A stretch of DNA of 21,122 nucleotides from Chlamydiia bacterium (GTDB lineage Bacteria > Chlamydiota > Chlamydiia > Chlamydiales > 2-12-FULL-49-11): positions 1 to 21,122 of the forward strand of contig JBIKLZ010000019.1 of assembly GCA_044359535.1 (NCBI GenBank), in the 5' to 3' direction. The notes beneath the pieces were generated by a model, which was not told where the DNA came from, searched no databases, and saw only the letters and a program-made list of their open reading frames with translations. The position numbers were made by a program, and so were the translations under genes. Below, one piece after another: positions 1-8,797 of the stretch. Position 1 is the stretch's first letter, and each line of letters begins with the position of its first letter.

Positions 1-665
1 ATTTTTTTTACTTTTTTTCTAATTTCTTCCCGAGAATCTTTTAAATAGATGGCATTTCCTAAAGATTTAGACATTTTATTCCCATCTATTCCTGGGACAT
101 TGATTTCAAACTTTGGGTATAAAGGGGAGGGTTCAATAAAAATCTCTTCTTTGTACTGTCCATTAAACTTTCTCACCACGTCTTTAGCAAGCTCAAGCAT
201 CGGGGCTTGATCCCTTCCAACTGGGACAAGCTCTGCATCAAAGGCAATAATATCTGCAACTTGGTAAATAGGGTAAAGATAAAACCCTGCAGGGACTGAT
301 TCTTCATACCCTTTTTGCTTTGTCTCAGCTTTAACTGTGGGGTTATGCCCTATCCTATTGATAGAAACAAGGTTTAATAGGTATTGGGTGATTTCTGGTA
401 AGGGAGAAATTGCCGATTGCAAAAAAATACTTGCCTCTTCTGGATCAATCCCCACAGCTAAATAGTCAGCAACAACCTCATAGACATTTTGGGTTACCTT
501 CTCTACATTATCAAAATTATCGGTAAGAGCTTGGGCATCAGCTACCATAATATAGGTTTCATGACTTGATTGCATAGCCACACGATTTTTCAATGACCCT
601 GCGTAGTGACCAATATGTAAAGGACCTGTAGGTCTATCCCCAGTAAGTAAAGATTTCTTTTTCAT
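1..665 (-). CDS. trpS: Tryptophan--tRNA ligase (5' part; runs off the left edge of the window)
   Basis: Not in the ORF track. Manual translation from ATG at 665 gives MKKKSLLTGDRPTGPLHIGHYAGSLKNR (HIGH motif), and in the same frame near the edge VPGIDGNKMSKSLGNAIYL (KMSKS motif). This is a typical TrpRS. Confidence 0.97.
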   Translation of the reverse strand, partial: MKKKSLLTGDRPTGPLHIGHYAGSLKNRVAMQSSHETYIMVADAQALTDNFDNVEKVTQNVYEVVADYLAVGIDPEEASIFLQSAISPLPEITQYLLNLVSINRIGHNPTVKAETKQKGYEESVPAGFYLYPIYQVADIIAFDAELVPVGRDQAPMLELAKDVVRKFNGQYKEEIFIEPSPLYPKFEINVPGIDGNKMSKSLGNAIYLKDSREEIRKKVKK

Positions 666-749
666 CGCTCTATCATAAAAAAAGGGGATATTTCCCTACA
701 ATGATTATTTATTCATTTTTTTATCCCCTTTATTGTATAGTCTAATACT
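666..749. promoter_or_regulatory. Compact divergent promoter region for trpS and pknD, with a 10-bp inverted repeat
   Basis: Minus strand: TTGTAG(701-696)-N18-TATGAT(677-672)-N6-ATG. Plus strand: TTCATT(712-717)-N18-TATAGT(736-741)-N8-ATG. Perfect inverted repeat AAAGGGGATA (681-690) / TATCCCCTTT (722-731). Confidence 0.5.
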
Positions 750-3488
750 ATGAGTTCACATGAAGAAATCATTAAAAATGACGAAATAATCCCATCAAAA
801 ATTGGAAATTATGAGGTTTTGCACCTTATTGCCAAGGGGGGGATGGGAGAAACCTACTTAGCTAAAGACCCCCTTCTTAACCGAAACATTGTGATCAAAA
901 GGGCTCGTAAAGATTTAGTTCACCATCAAATTATCAAAGACCGCTTTTCTAAAGAGGTAAAGATCACCTCCAGTTTTTTTCATCCATCTATTATCCCTGT
1001 CTACGCAATTCATCAAGAAAATGACGAGTTATACTACACAATGCCTTTTGTTGAAGGCAAAACGTTAAAACAGATTTTACGTGAAAGTCTTCATGATGAA
1101 AAAAATGGTTCCAATACATGGTCTATAGGGGCTTTATTAAGAATTTTTCAAAATGTGTGCCATGGAATTTCCTACTGCCACACAAAAGGGTATCTTCATA
1201 GGGATTTAAAACCTGAAAATCTCCTTGTTGGAAACTATGGACAGGTTTACATTGTCGATTGGGGCTTATCCACCCATATTGATGATGATGAAACTGGACC
1301 CATCCCCTCCATTTTATCCTTTTCTATCAATAAAAACCTTACAAGACCTGGAAAAGTTTTTGGCACCCTCCCTTATCTACCCCCAGAAAGACTTAAAGGT
1401 CAAAAGGCAACCATTCCGACAGAAATTTATTCATTGGGGGTGATTTTGTATCAACTTCTCACTTTAAGGATGCCCTTTCACAGAAGGACGATGGAGGAAT
1501 ATAAAAAATCCAAACGGGATAAAAGGCCTTTAGATCTTTTAAGTGCCGCCCCCTTTAGAAATATTTCTGAGGAGTTAAGTGACATTGTTAAAAAATGTTT
1601 AGATGATAATCCAGAAAAGCGGTTTCAAAGTGTCAATGATCTGTTAGCGGCAATAGAAGGGTATCAAATAGGAAATCCTTCATGGATTCATAAAAAGACC
1701 CTAAACCTTAACGATAGTGAGGACTGGGAAATTCAAGAAAACATCCTTTCTTCTAACTTATCCTCCTTTGGGTTTGGTCACACCTCCCTTTCATGGAAAT
1801 ACTTATTGATTGCTAAAGAAAAGGTCCCAAGCAATAATAAAATTTCCTGCCTTGTCTCCTTAAAAAGACATTCTGCCGGGGTGAATTTTTGTTTTAATAT
1901 TCCTGATAAAGAGGATAGAGAGGATCTTGAAGATGGCTACAGCCTTCATATTGGTTCATTAGATCACCCTGGAATTTTATTAAAACGCTCAAAAGTAATT
2001 CTCTTTGAAAAACCTGAGATTTTTATTAAAGAGGAGTTTCCCTCTCACATATCTATCGAGCGGCAAGATCAACACATTTCTTTCTTTATCAATGATGAGC
2101 TTATTTTTTCTTATCATGACTTTCTCCCCATTGTTGGTTCCCTAGTTGGGTTTTCTTGTGAGGACATGGACTTTTCCATAGAGCACATCGATATCTTTGT
2201 TACATCAAGTAAAAAAACTGCCGGTTGTCTTGCTATCCCAGATTCCTTTTTTTCGTCTAAACACTATAAAGAGTCCATTGATGAGTATTCAAGAATTGCT
2301 TTAGCATTTAAAGGGCAAAAAGAGGCCCATGAAGCCCTCTTTAGAAGTGGGGTTGCAACCATTTATTTAGCCAAGCAAAAGCGGTGGCATTTAACAAAAC
2401 AGTCACTTTTTGAAAAGGCTATTGCGATTTTTGATGGGCTTCAAAACATTGCTACAGCCCCCCTTGCCCTTCTTGGAAAATCGCTTGTATACAAAGAGAA
2501 AAAAGATTTAATTGAAGAAGGGAAGTGTTTAGAGCTAGCTCTTCACAGGTACAGCTCTCATCCTATGATTCATCTTATTCATAAACAAATTCATTTTAGA
2601 CTCCATGAATGTGCCTTTAACCCCCATGGAAGGCAGGGGGTCTACCTTTTTTCTCTTTTAATTCTTCAACACAAAACCTCTCTCCTTGATTTTAAAGAGA
2701 CCCATAATTTAATCCTTGGGCTTCCCCTTTCTCATGAAACTTTATTTTTTCTAACTTCAAAAGCCTCTAAAAAACATCTTCCGAGCCTTTATAAAGAAAT
2801 GATTATTTCCTTAAGCTTTCACTTAGAAAGAGACGCCTATCTTAAGGAGCTTTTTTGTGACGAAGAATTTTCTCTATTTAAAGACCAAATCATCTTTTCG
2901 TTAATTTACTTAGGAAAAAAAGAGAAAAAATTTCACTCAGCAGGAAAATTATTAAAAGAGCTTTCTCCTCAGACATCAGAAAAGCATCTTTGGCCCCTAT
3001 TTTTAAAAATTGAACAAGGAATTATTCGAAAGGATTACTCCATTCATCACATCATCACTGAGCTTGAGAGAAAACCCTTTTCAAAGGAGGTAAAGGCTCT
3101 TGTAGAAATCTATAAAGTGGAACTTGCCGTAGTTACTGAAAATACCACTTTCCTGAAAAAATTCTTTGAGCATTTCACCCCCCCTCAACCCTCCTCTCCC
3201 TTTTTTTTCCTCTATGGCTGTTTTCTTGCCCTTACTTTAGGGGAAAATGCCGCCTTAGATCACTTTTCCTCTTGTCCAAAAACCCCTTACCCCCCTCTTT
3301 CAGCCCTCTGTCCCCTCTTTATTCAGGGAAAAATTAGCATCAATAAGGAATTTACTCTTGAGGCTCTCCCTTTTGAAAAGATTACCCTCTACAAAAACCT
3401 CTTCATTTACTATACTTGCCTAGGAAAAACAGCTAAAGCTGAGTACTATATTCACAAAACCCTTTCATCATCTCCTTGGAGATCCTAA
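750..3488 (+). CDS. pknD: Hanks-type Ser/Thr protein kinase, chlamydial PknD-like
   Basis: N-terminal kinase domain with AKGGMG loop, VIK lysine, HRDLKPEN, DWG and GTLPYLPPE, followed by a beta-rich domain and a helical TPR-like region. Size (912 aa) and adjacency to valS match chlamydial PknD. Confidence 0.88.
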   Translation: MSSHEEIIKNDEIIPSKIGNYEVLHLIAKGGMGETYLAKDPLLNRNIVIKRARKDLVHHQIIKDRFSKEVKITSSFFHPSIIPVYAIHQENDELYYTMPFVEGKTLKQILRESLHDEKNGSNTWSIGALLRIFQNVCHGISYCHTKGYLHRDLKPENLLVGNYGQVYIVDWGLSTHIDDDETGPIPSILSFSINKNLTRPGKVFGTLPYLPPERLKGQKATIPTEIYSLGVILYQLLTLRMPFHRRTMEEYKKSKRDKRPLDLLSAAPFRNISEELSDIVKKCLDDNPEKRFQSVNDLLAAIEGYQIGNPSWIHKKTLNLNDSEDWEIQENILSSNLSSFGFGHTSLSWKYLLIAKEKVPSNNKISCLVSLKRHSAGVNFCFNIPDKEDREDLEDGYSLHIGSLDHPGILLKRSKVILFEKPEIFIKEEFPSHISIERQDQHISFFINDELIFSYHDFLPIVGSLVGFSCEDMDFSIEHIDIFVTSSKKTAGCLAIPDSFFSSKHYKESIDEYSRIALAFKGQKEAHEALFRSGVATIYLAKQKRWHLTKQSLFEKAIAIFDGLQNIATAPLALLGKSLVYKEKKDLIEEGKCLELALHRYSSHPMIHLIHKQIHFRLHECAFNPHGRQGVYLFSLLILQHKTSLLDFKETHNLILGLPLSHETLFFLTSKASKKHLPSLYKEMIISLSFHLERDAYLKELFCDEEFSLFKDQIIFSLIYLGKKEKKFHSAGKLLKELSPQTSEKHLWPLFLKIEQGIIRKDYSIHHIITELERKPFSKEVKALVEIYKVELAVVTENTTFLKKFFEHFTPPQPSSPFFFLYGCFLALTLGENAALDHFSSCPKTPYPPLSALCPLFIQGKISINKEFTLEALPFEKITLYKNLFIYYTCLGKTAKAEYYIHKTLSSSPWRS

Positions 3489-3492
3489 ATTT

Positions 3493-6273
3493 ATGTCTAA
3501 AAAAGATCTTTTAAAACACCCTTATCAACCCAAAGAAACAGAAAAGACCTATCACTTTGACTATACTTTTGATCCTCTTTCTAAAAAGCCCCCATTTTGT
3601 ATCATCATGCCCCCACCGAATGTAACAGGGGCTTTACATATGGGTCATGCACTTGTTACTACTATTCAAGATCTACTAGTTCGATTTCATCGGATGAACG
3701 GGTATGAAGTGGCCTGGATTCCAGGAACTGATCATGCAGGGATTGCCACTCAATCTGTTGTAGAAAAAAAGCTCCTTAAAGAAACAGGAAAAAGGCGTTT
3801 AGACTTTGAAAGAGAGGAATTTATCAAGCACATCGTTGAGTGGAAAGATCTTCACAAAGAAAAAATCACATCTCAAATCAAAAGGTTAGGCAGTTCAGCA
3901 AACTGGTCTAAAGAACTTTTTACCCTCGATGAAAAAGCAAATAAGGCAGTAAGAACTGTATTTAAAAAACTTTTTGATGAGGGGCTTATCTACAGAGGCT
4001 TTTATTTAGTCAATTGGGACACTCACCTTCAAACAGCCATTGCCGATGATGAAGTTGAGCATGAAGAGGTCCATTCTCATCTATGGTACTTTTCTTATCC
4101 GATTTTTGAATCTGAAGAATCTATTATCATTGCAACATCGCGTCCAGAAACCATGCTTGGGGATACGGCTGTTGCTGTAAATGGAAGCGATGAAAGATAC
4201 CTCCATCTCATTGGAAAAAAAATAAAACTCCCCCTTTCAGATCGACTCGTCCCCATCATTGCTGATTCTTATGTCGATAAAGAGTTTGGAACAGGGGCTG
4301 TTAAAATAACCCCTGTACATGATTTTAATGACTATGAAATTGGACAGCGCCATCACTTAGAGATGATAAATATCATGAATAGCGATGGAACAATCAATGA
4401 ACATGGAGGGGTTTTTAAAGGTCTTTCGATGATCGACTGCCGTCTAGCTGTGGTTGAAAAAATGAGGCAGCTGCATTTATTAGTCAAAATTGAGCCCCAC
4501 ACCCATAGAGTAGGTCTTTCGTATCGCTCTAAATCTGTTGTTGAACCTTTTCTTTCAAAGCAATGGTTTTTAAATATGGAGCCTTTTAAAGAAAAGCTGC
4601 TCTCTGCAGTTTTTGATGAAAAAGTGGAATTGATTCCAAAGGAATGGGAAAAAACCTATAGGCATTGGATTGAAAATATCCGTAATTGGTGTATTTCTAG
4701 GCAACTATGGTGGGGACATCGGATCCCGATTTGGTATGATAAAGAGGATGAGTCAAACATCCTTTGCTATAGTGGTGAAGGGATCCCTGAAGAGGTGATT
4801 AAAGAGCCTTCTCGGTACATTCAAGAAGAGGATGTTTTAGATACATGGTTCTCCTCTGCCCTATGGCCCCTTACTTGTTTAGGGTGGCCAGAAAAGACCC
4901 CCGATATACAAAAATTTTACCCTACATCGATTTTAGTCACAGGTCATGACATCCTCTTTTTTTGGGTGGCAAGGATGATTTTAATGGGTGAGTATGCCTT
5001 AAATAAAGTTCCCTTCAAAAAGGTCTTTTTACACGGTCTTATTTTTGCAAAATCCTATTTTAGACAAGGGGACAAGGGACTTACCTACCTTTCAAAGCAG
5101 GAGTGGATCGGTTATGAAAAGGGAGAGAAAATCCCTAAAGATGTCTCCTATAAATGGGAAAAAATGTCCAAATCTAAAGGTAATGTCATTGACCCTATCG
5201 ACATCATTGATGAATTTGGAACCGATGCACTGCGTCTTGCCCTCTGCTCATCGGTAACCACAGCAAAGCAAATAGACTTGGATTTTAGAAAATTTGAGGA
5301 AGGGAAAAATTTTGCCAATAAAGTATGGAACGCCACCTCTTTTGTAGTTCAAAATATTTTTCCAGATCTTTCAGCAACCCTTTCTGAAGAACATTTTGGA
5401 GTTGAAGATCGCTTCATCCTTTCAAAATTATCCACAGTCATTAAAGAGGCTCATAACTGTATTGAGCAATGTAATTTTTCCTTTCTTCACAACACCTTGC
5501 AATCCTTTTTTTGGGACGATTATTGTGCCTACTATTTAGAGATTTCTAAACCCTTTCTCTATGGAAAGATCGGTTCTCATGAACAGGTTTCTACAAAAAA
5601 ATGGATTTTACTCTACACTTTAACAAGTTTTATCCAATTGCTTCACCCTATAGCCCCCTTTATCACTGAAGAGCTTTTTTCAATACTTAAAGAATTAGTC
5701 AATAAAGTTTATTTTCCTGAGCATCCCCTTTCCAAAGAGCTTAAAGCCACTTTTAATCAGTCGATGTGTGGGCTAACCCAATTGCCATCATGGACATTTT
5801 TTGACCACAACGCCCTTGCTCTGATGGAAGAGTTTAAACAAACCCTTTACGTGATTAGAAACATTCGTGGGGAGTCAAATATTTCTCCTGGAGAAAAACT
5901 CTTCATTGAAATCGAGGAAAAAAATTCACCCCTTAAAGAGCGGGTAGATATTTTACAGGCTCTTACAAAAATTCATTCTATTGAATTTTATCAAACTTTT
6001 GATGAACCCTTATTTCCTGTCTCGATCGTTCAGATGAAATCTAGAAAAATTCGGATAAAAATCCCTCATGAGCTCCTTGCTAGGGAAAAAGTTAGACTTT
6101 CAAAATCTTTAGTAGAGATACAAAAAAATCTTGAAGTCACTTCCAAGCAGCTGTCAAATAAAGAGTTTGTTGAAAGGGCTCCAAAAGAGTTGATTGAAGA
6201 AAAAAGAAATCTATTAGAAGTTTTGGAAAAATCTAAACAAGAGATTGAATCTAAGCTTTTGGCTTTATCTTAA
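3493..6273 (+). CDS. valS: Valine--tRNA ligase
   Basis: PPPNVTGALHMGHA, GTDHAGIATQ, WCISRQLWWGHRIP, DVLDTWFSS, KMSKS and a C-terminal coiled-coil arm. Has an insertion of roughly 35 aa just before KMSKS, as seen in chlamydial ValRS. Confidence 0.99.
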   Translation: MSKKDLLKHPYQPKETEKTYHFDYTFDPLSKKPPFCIIMPPPNVTGALHMGHALVTTIQDLLVRFHRMNGYEVAWIPGTDHAGIATQSVVEKKLLKETGKRRLDFEREEFIKHIVEWKDLHKEKITSQIKRLGSSANWSKELFTLDEKANKAVRTVFKKLFDEGLIYRGFYLVNWDTHLQTAIADDEVEHEEVHSHLWYFSYPIFESEESIIIATSRPETMLGDTAVAVNGSDERYLHLIGKKIKLPLSDRLVPIIADSYVDKEFGTGAVKITPVHDFNDYEIGQRHHLEMINIMNSDGTINEHGGVFKGLSMIDCRLAVVEKMRQLHLLVKIEPHTHRVGLSYRSKSVVEPFLSKQWFLNMEPFKEKLLSAVFDEKVELIPKEWEKTYRHWIENIRNWCISRQLWWGHRIPIWYDKEDESNILCYSGEGIPEEVIKEPSRYIQEEDVLDTWFSSALWPLTCLGWPEKTPDIQKFYPTSILVTGHDILFFWVARMILMGEYALNKVPFKKVFLHGLIFAKSYFRQGDKGLTYLSKQEWIGYEKGEKIPKDVSYKWEKMSKSKGNVIDPIDIIDEFGTDALRLALCSSVTTAKQIDLDFRKFEEGKNFANKVWNATSFVVQNIFPDLSATLSEEHFGVEDRFILSKLSTVIKEAHNCIEQCNFSFLHNTLQSFFWDDYCAYYLEISKPFLYGKIGSHEQVSTKKWILLYTLTSFIQLLHPIAPFITEELFSILKELVNKVYFPEHPLSKELKATFNQSMCGLTQLPSWTFFDHNALALMEEFKQTLYVIRNIRGESNISPGEKLFIEIEEKNSPLKERVDILQALTKIHSIEFYQTFDEPLFPVSIVQMKSRKIRIKIPHELLAREKVRLSKSLVEIQKNLEVTSKQLSNKEFVERAPKELIEEKRNLLEVLEKSKQEIESKLLALS

Positions 6274-7630
6274 GGGCTTTTTCACGCTTTAAAAGGGCTT
6301 CAAAAAGGATCGTTTCATAGGATACCACCCCTGATAAAAAAAGGAGCCCTATCAAATTTGGAAAGGCCATAAGTCCATTCATTATATTTGAAAATCCCCA
6401 CACCACTTGAAGGTTTAAAACACATCCAATAAAAACAGCCGCTAAATAAAAAACCCTATAAGGGAAAATCGACTTTACTCCAAAAAGGTATTCCATTGTC
6501 TTTTCTCCGTAGTAGGCCCATCCAAGGATGGTTGAATAGGCAAAGGGGATAATGGCTAGTGTCACCATCATTCCACCATAAGGGAGTGTTGAAGAAAAGG
6601 CTGCAAGGGCAAGATTTGAACCATCCAATACATTTCCTGCACTATCGAGCTTTCCTAATACCCCTGTTGTAGCTATTGCAAGCCCTGTTAGGGTACAGAC
6701 AACCCCTGTTGTAATAAACACTGAGCACATCGAAACAAGGGCTTGACGTCCTGGAGAGTCTGTTTTAGCTGCTGCTGCAGCAATAGGTGAGCTTCCAAGC
6801 CCTGCTTCAGAAGAAAACACACCCCTTGAAACCCCCAATTGAATGGCAAGCATCATCGTTGATCCAACAAAACCACCGGTTGCTGCTTGACCGGTAAAAG
6901 CGGTTTTAAAAATCATCATAAAAGCCGATGGGACCTCTTTATAGTGAATTAAAACAACACTTAAACTGATAAGTAAATAAAAAAGAGCCATTGTAGGGAC
7001 TAAAACCTCAACAACTTTCCCAATACTTTTAATCCCTCCAAGGAGGGGAAAAGCAGATATTAAGACTAAAAAAAGACCTGTAATAGTTGGAGAGATAGAA
7101 AATGTCTCAAAAAGGGCATTTGCTACAGAATTAGACTGCACCATATTTCCAGTACCAAAAGCTGCGCAAGAAGTTAGGATTGCAAAAATCACCCCAAGCC
7201 ATTTTGCTTTTAACCCCTTTTCAAGGTAGTACATGGGCCCTCCACACATTTGGCCATTGCTATCGATTTCTCGATATTTTATTGCAAGGATCCCTTCGGC
7301 ATACTTTGTTGCCATTCCAAAAAAAGCTGCCACCCACATCCAAAATAGGGATCCTAACCCCCCCACCGCAATAGCGGTAGCTACCCCTGTAATGCTTCCA
7401 ATTCCAATTGTTGCGGCAAGTGCTGTCATGAGCGCTTGAAAATGAGAGATATCCCCTTCTGCCCCCTTATCCTCCCTTGTAAAAGCAAGTTTATGGGCGT
7501 AAAAAAGATGTTTGATTTGAACCCCGCGAAGCCTTACTGTCAAAAGAATCCCTACACATCCCATTAATAGTAAAAGGGGGGGGCCCCATACGATATCATT
7601 TATGGAGTTAAGTATTTTTAGTAGAGACAT
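6251..7630 (-). CDS. alsT: Alanine/glycine:cation symporter (AGCS family, AlsT/DagA-like)
   Basis: Multi-pass membrane protein with ISHFQALMTALAATIG, FWMW, GMATKYAE, GGPMYYLEKGL, VQSNS, RGVFSSEAGLGS and MAFPNLIGL. SD AAGGA upstream. The 3' end overlaps valS by 23 nt. Confidence 0.93.
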   Translation of the reverse strand: MSLLKILNSINDIVWGPPLLLLMGCVGILLTVRLRGVQIKHLFYAHKLAFTREDKGAEGDISHFQALMTALAATIGIGSITGVATAIAVGGLGSLFWMWVAAFFGMATKYAEGILAIKYREIDSNGQMCGGPMYYLEKGLKAKWLGVIFAILTSCAAFGTGNMVQSNSVANALFETFSISPTITGLFLVLISAFPLLGGIKSIGKVVEVLVPTMALFYLLISLSVVLIHYKEVPSAFMMIFKTAFTGQAATGGFVGSTMMLAIQLGVSRGVFSSEAGLGSSPIAAAAAKTDSPGRQALVSMCSVFITTGVVCTLTGLAIATTGVLGKLDSAGNVLDGSNLALAAFSSTLPYGGMMVTLAIIPFAYSTILGWAYYGEKTMEYLFGVKSIFPYRVFYLAAVFIGCVLNLQVVWGFSNIMNGLMAFPNLIGLLFLSGVVSYETILFEALLKREKALKIKPKA

Positions 7631-7687
7631 GGGATATTCCTTATTTATATTTGAACAACTATAAAGGAATAGAAATGAAAAATCTAC

Positions 7688-8797
7688 TTAAAAAATGGTT
7701 TCTTTTAAATGACTTCTACGCACATCCCCATAGGGGTAGGTATAAACGTCCCTAAACTGTGAAATATTTTTATCAATTTCAAGCCACTGTTGATCAACAA
7801 TCTCCCTTCCTCTTAACGAAGCCTCTAGATATTTTTCTTCACTTTTAAGGGTTTCTCGTATTTTTTCTACCATCTCATCCCCTGTTTTAAACCGCAAAGG
7901 GGTTTGTTTGTAGGGGGTGATATCTTGACAGGCGATAGGGATCCCTAAAGCAGCTGCTTCCAAAAATTTAATAGGGCTTTTTGCATGATTATAAGGATTA
8001 TCCGCAAGAGGGGCTATCATCATATTTGGCTCAAGTGAACTTATTATTCTGGGTAGCACCCCTAATTCTACAAAGTGATAATATTCCATTTCTTTTGATT
8101 CGACATACTTTAATAGATAGTAGGGACAACTTCCTATAAAAACCCATTTAAACTCTTTTCGTGTCGCTTCAATGGCTTTAAGGACCCCATAAAAATCATC
8201 TTTATCCCCATTGATCCTTTCACAATCGATATGAGAACTTGACCCAGCATAAACCACCCTTGGCTTAGACCTATGCTTTAGAAAGTTTCTCTGTAAAAGT
8301 TCTATACTATAGAGATTTCCTGCCCAGAAAAAAGGGATTCTATTGGGAAGGACTGTAATTTCAGTAATTCCAGTGGCCTTTTGGTAATAGTTTTTTAAAA
8401 AAGGGGTTGAAACAGTAATCTCATCACAAAGATGCATGATTTCAATAATCGACTCTTTACAGTCTTCTTTGTTTTGAGTTCGGTAATAGTGAAACTCTGA
8501 AACATCCTCTAAAAACAAGATATCATCGACATCATAAATAAGTTTAAAATTTGCTTTTCTTCCAAGTTCAGCAACTTTTTCTATATATTTTAAGGAAATG
8601 TTTCCCCCACTTCTTTGAAGGACCACAACATCTGTGGAAATATAGGATAATGCATCATTAAAATACTTTTTTATTGAGGAGTAGACAACTTCCCCCCTTA
8701 AAGAGAGTTGATAGGCCGGCCATAAACATCTCCAAGCCGCAAGAGCTTGCACTTCAGATCGGTGATACAAAACTCTTATAGGAAACATTTCATTCAT
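7688..8797 (-). CDS. Putative GT-B (GT4-like) glycosyltransferase, paralogue 2
   Basis: YDVDD, CDEITVSTPFLK, PRVVYAGS, APLADNPYNHAKSPIKFLEAAALGIP (donor-binding K..E motif). The start overlaps the stop codon of the upstream paralogue. An alternative ATG lies at 8788. Confidence 0.8.
   Translation of the reverse strand: MNEMFPIRVLYHRSEVQALAAWRCLWPAYQLSLRGEVVYSSIKKYFNDALSYISTDVVVLQRSGGNISLKYIEKVAELGRKANFKLIYDVDDILFLEDVSEFHYYRTQNKEDCKESIIEIMHLCDEITVSTPFLKNYYQKATGITEITVLPNRIPFFWAGNLYSIELLQRNFLKHRSKPRVVYAGSSSHIDCERINGDKDDFYGVLKAIEATRKEFKWVFIGSCPYYLLKYVESKEMEYYHFVELGVLPRIISSLEPNMMIAPLADNPYNHAKSPIKFLEAAALGIPIACQDITPYKQTPLRFKTGDEMVEKIRETLKSEEKYLEASLRGREIVDQQWLEIDKNISQFRDVYTYPYGDVRRSHLKETIF

Noticed and set aside
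666-749. T-box or attenuator leaders for trpS or valS
   Set aside because: Only 84 bp lie upstream of trpS and 4 bp upstream of valS, with no T-box consensus.
828-850. PknD as a pseudokinase because the Gly loop reads AKGGMG
   Set aside because: The catalytic Lys, HRDLKPEN and DWG are intact, and a first-Gly-to-Ala change is tolerated in active kinases.
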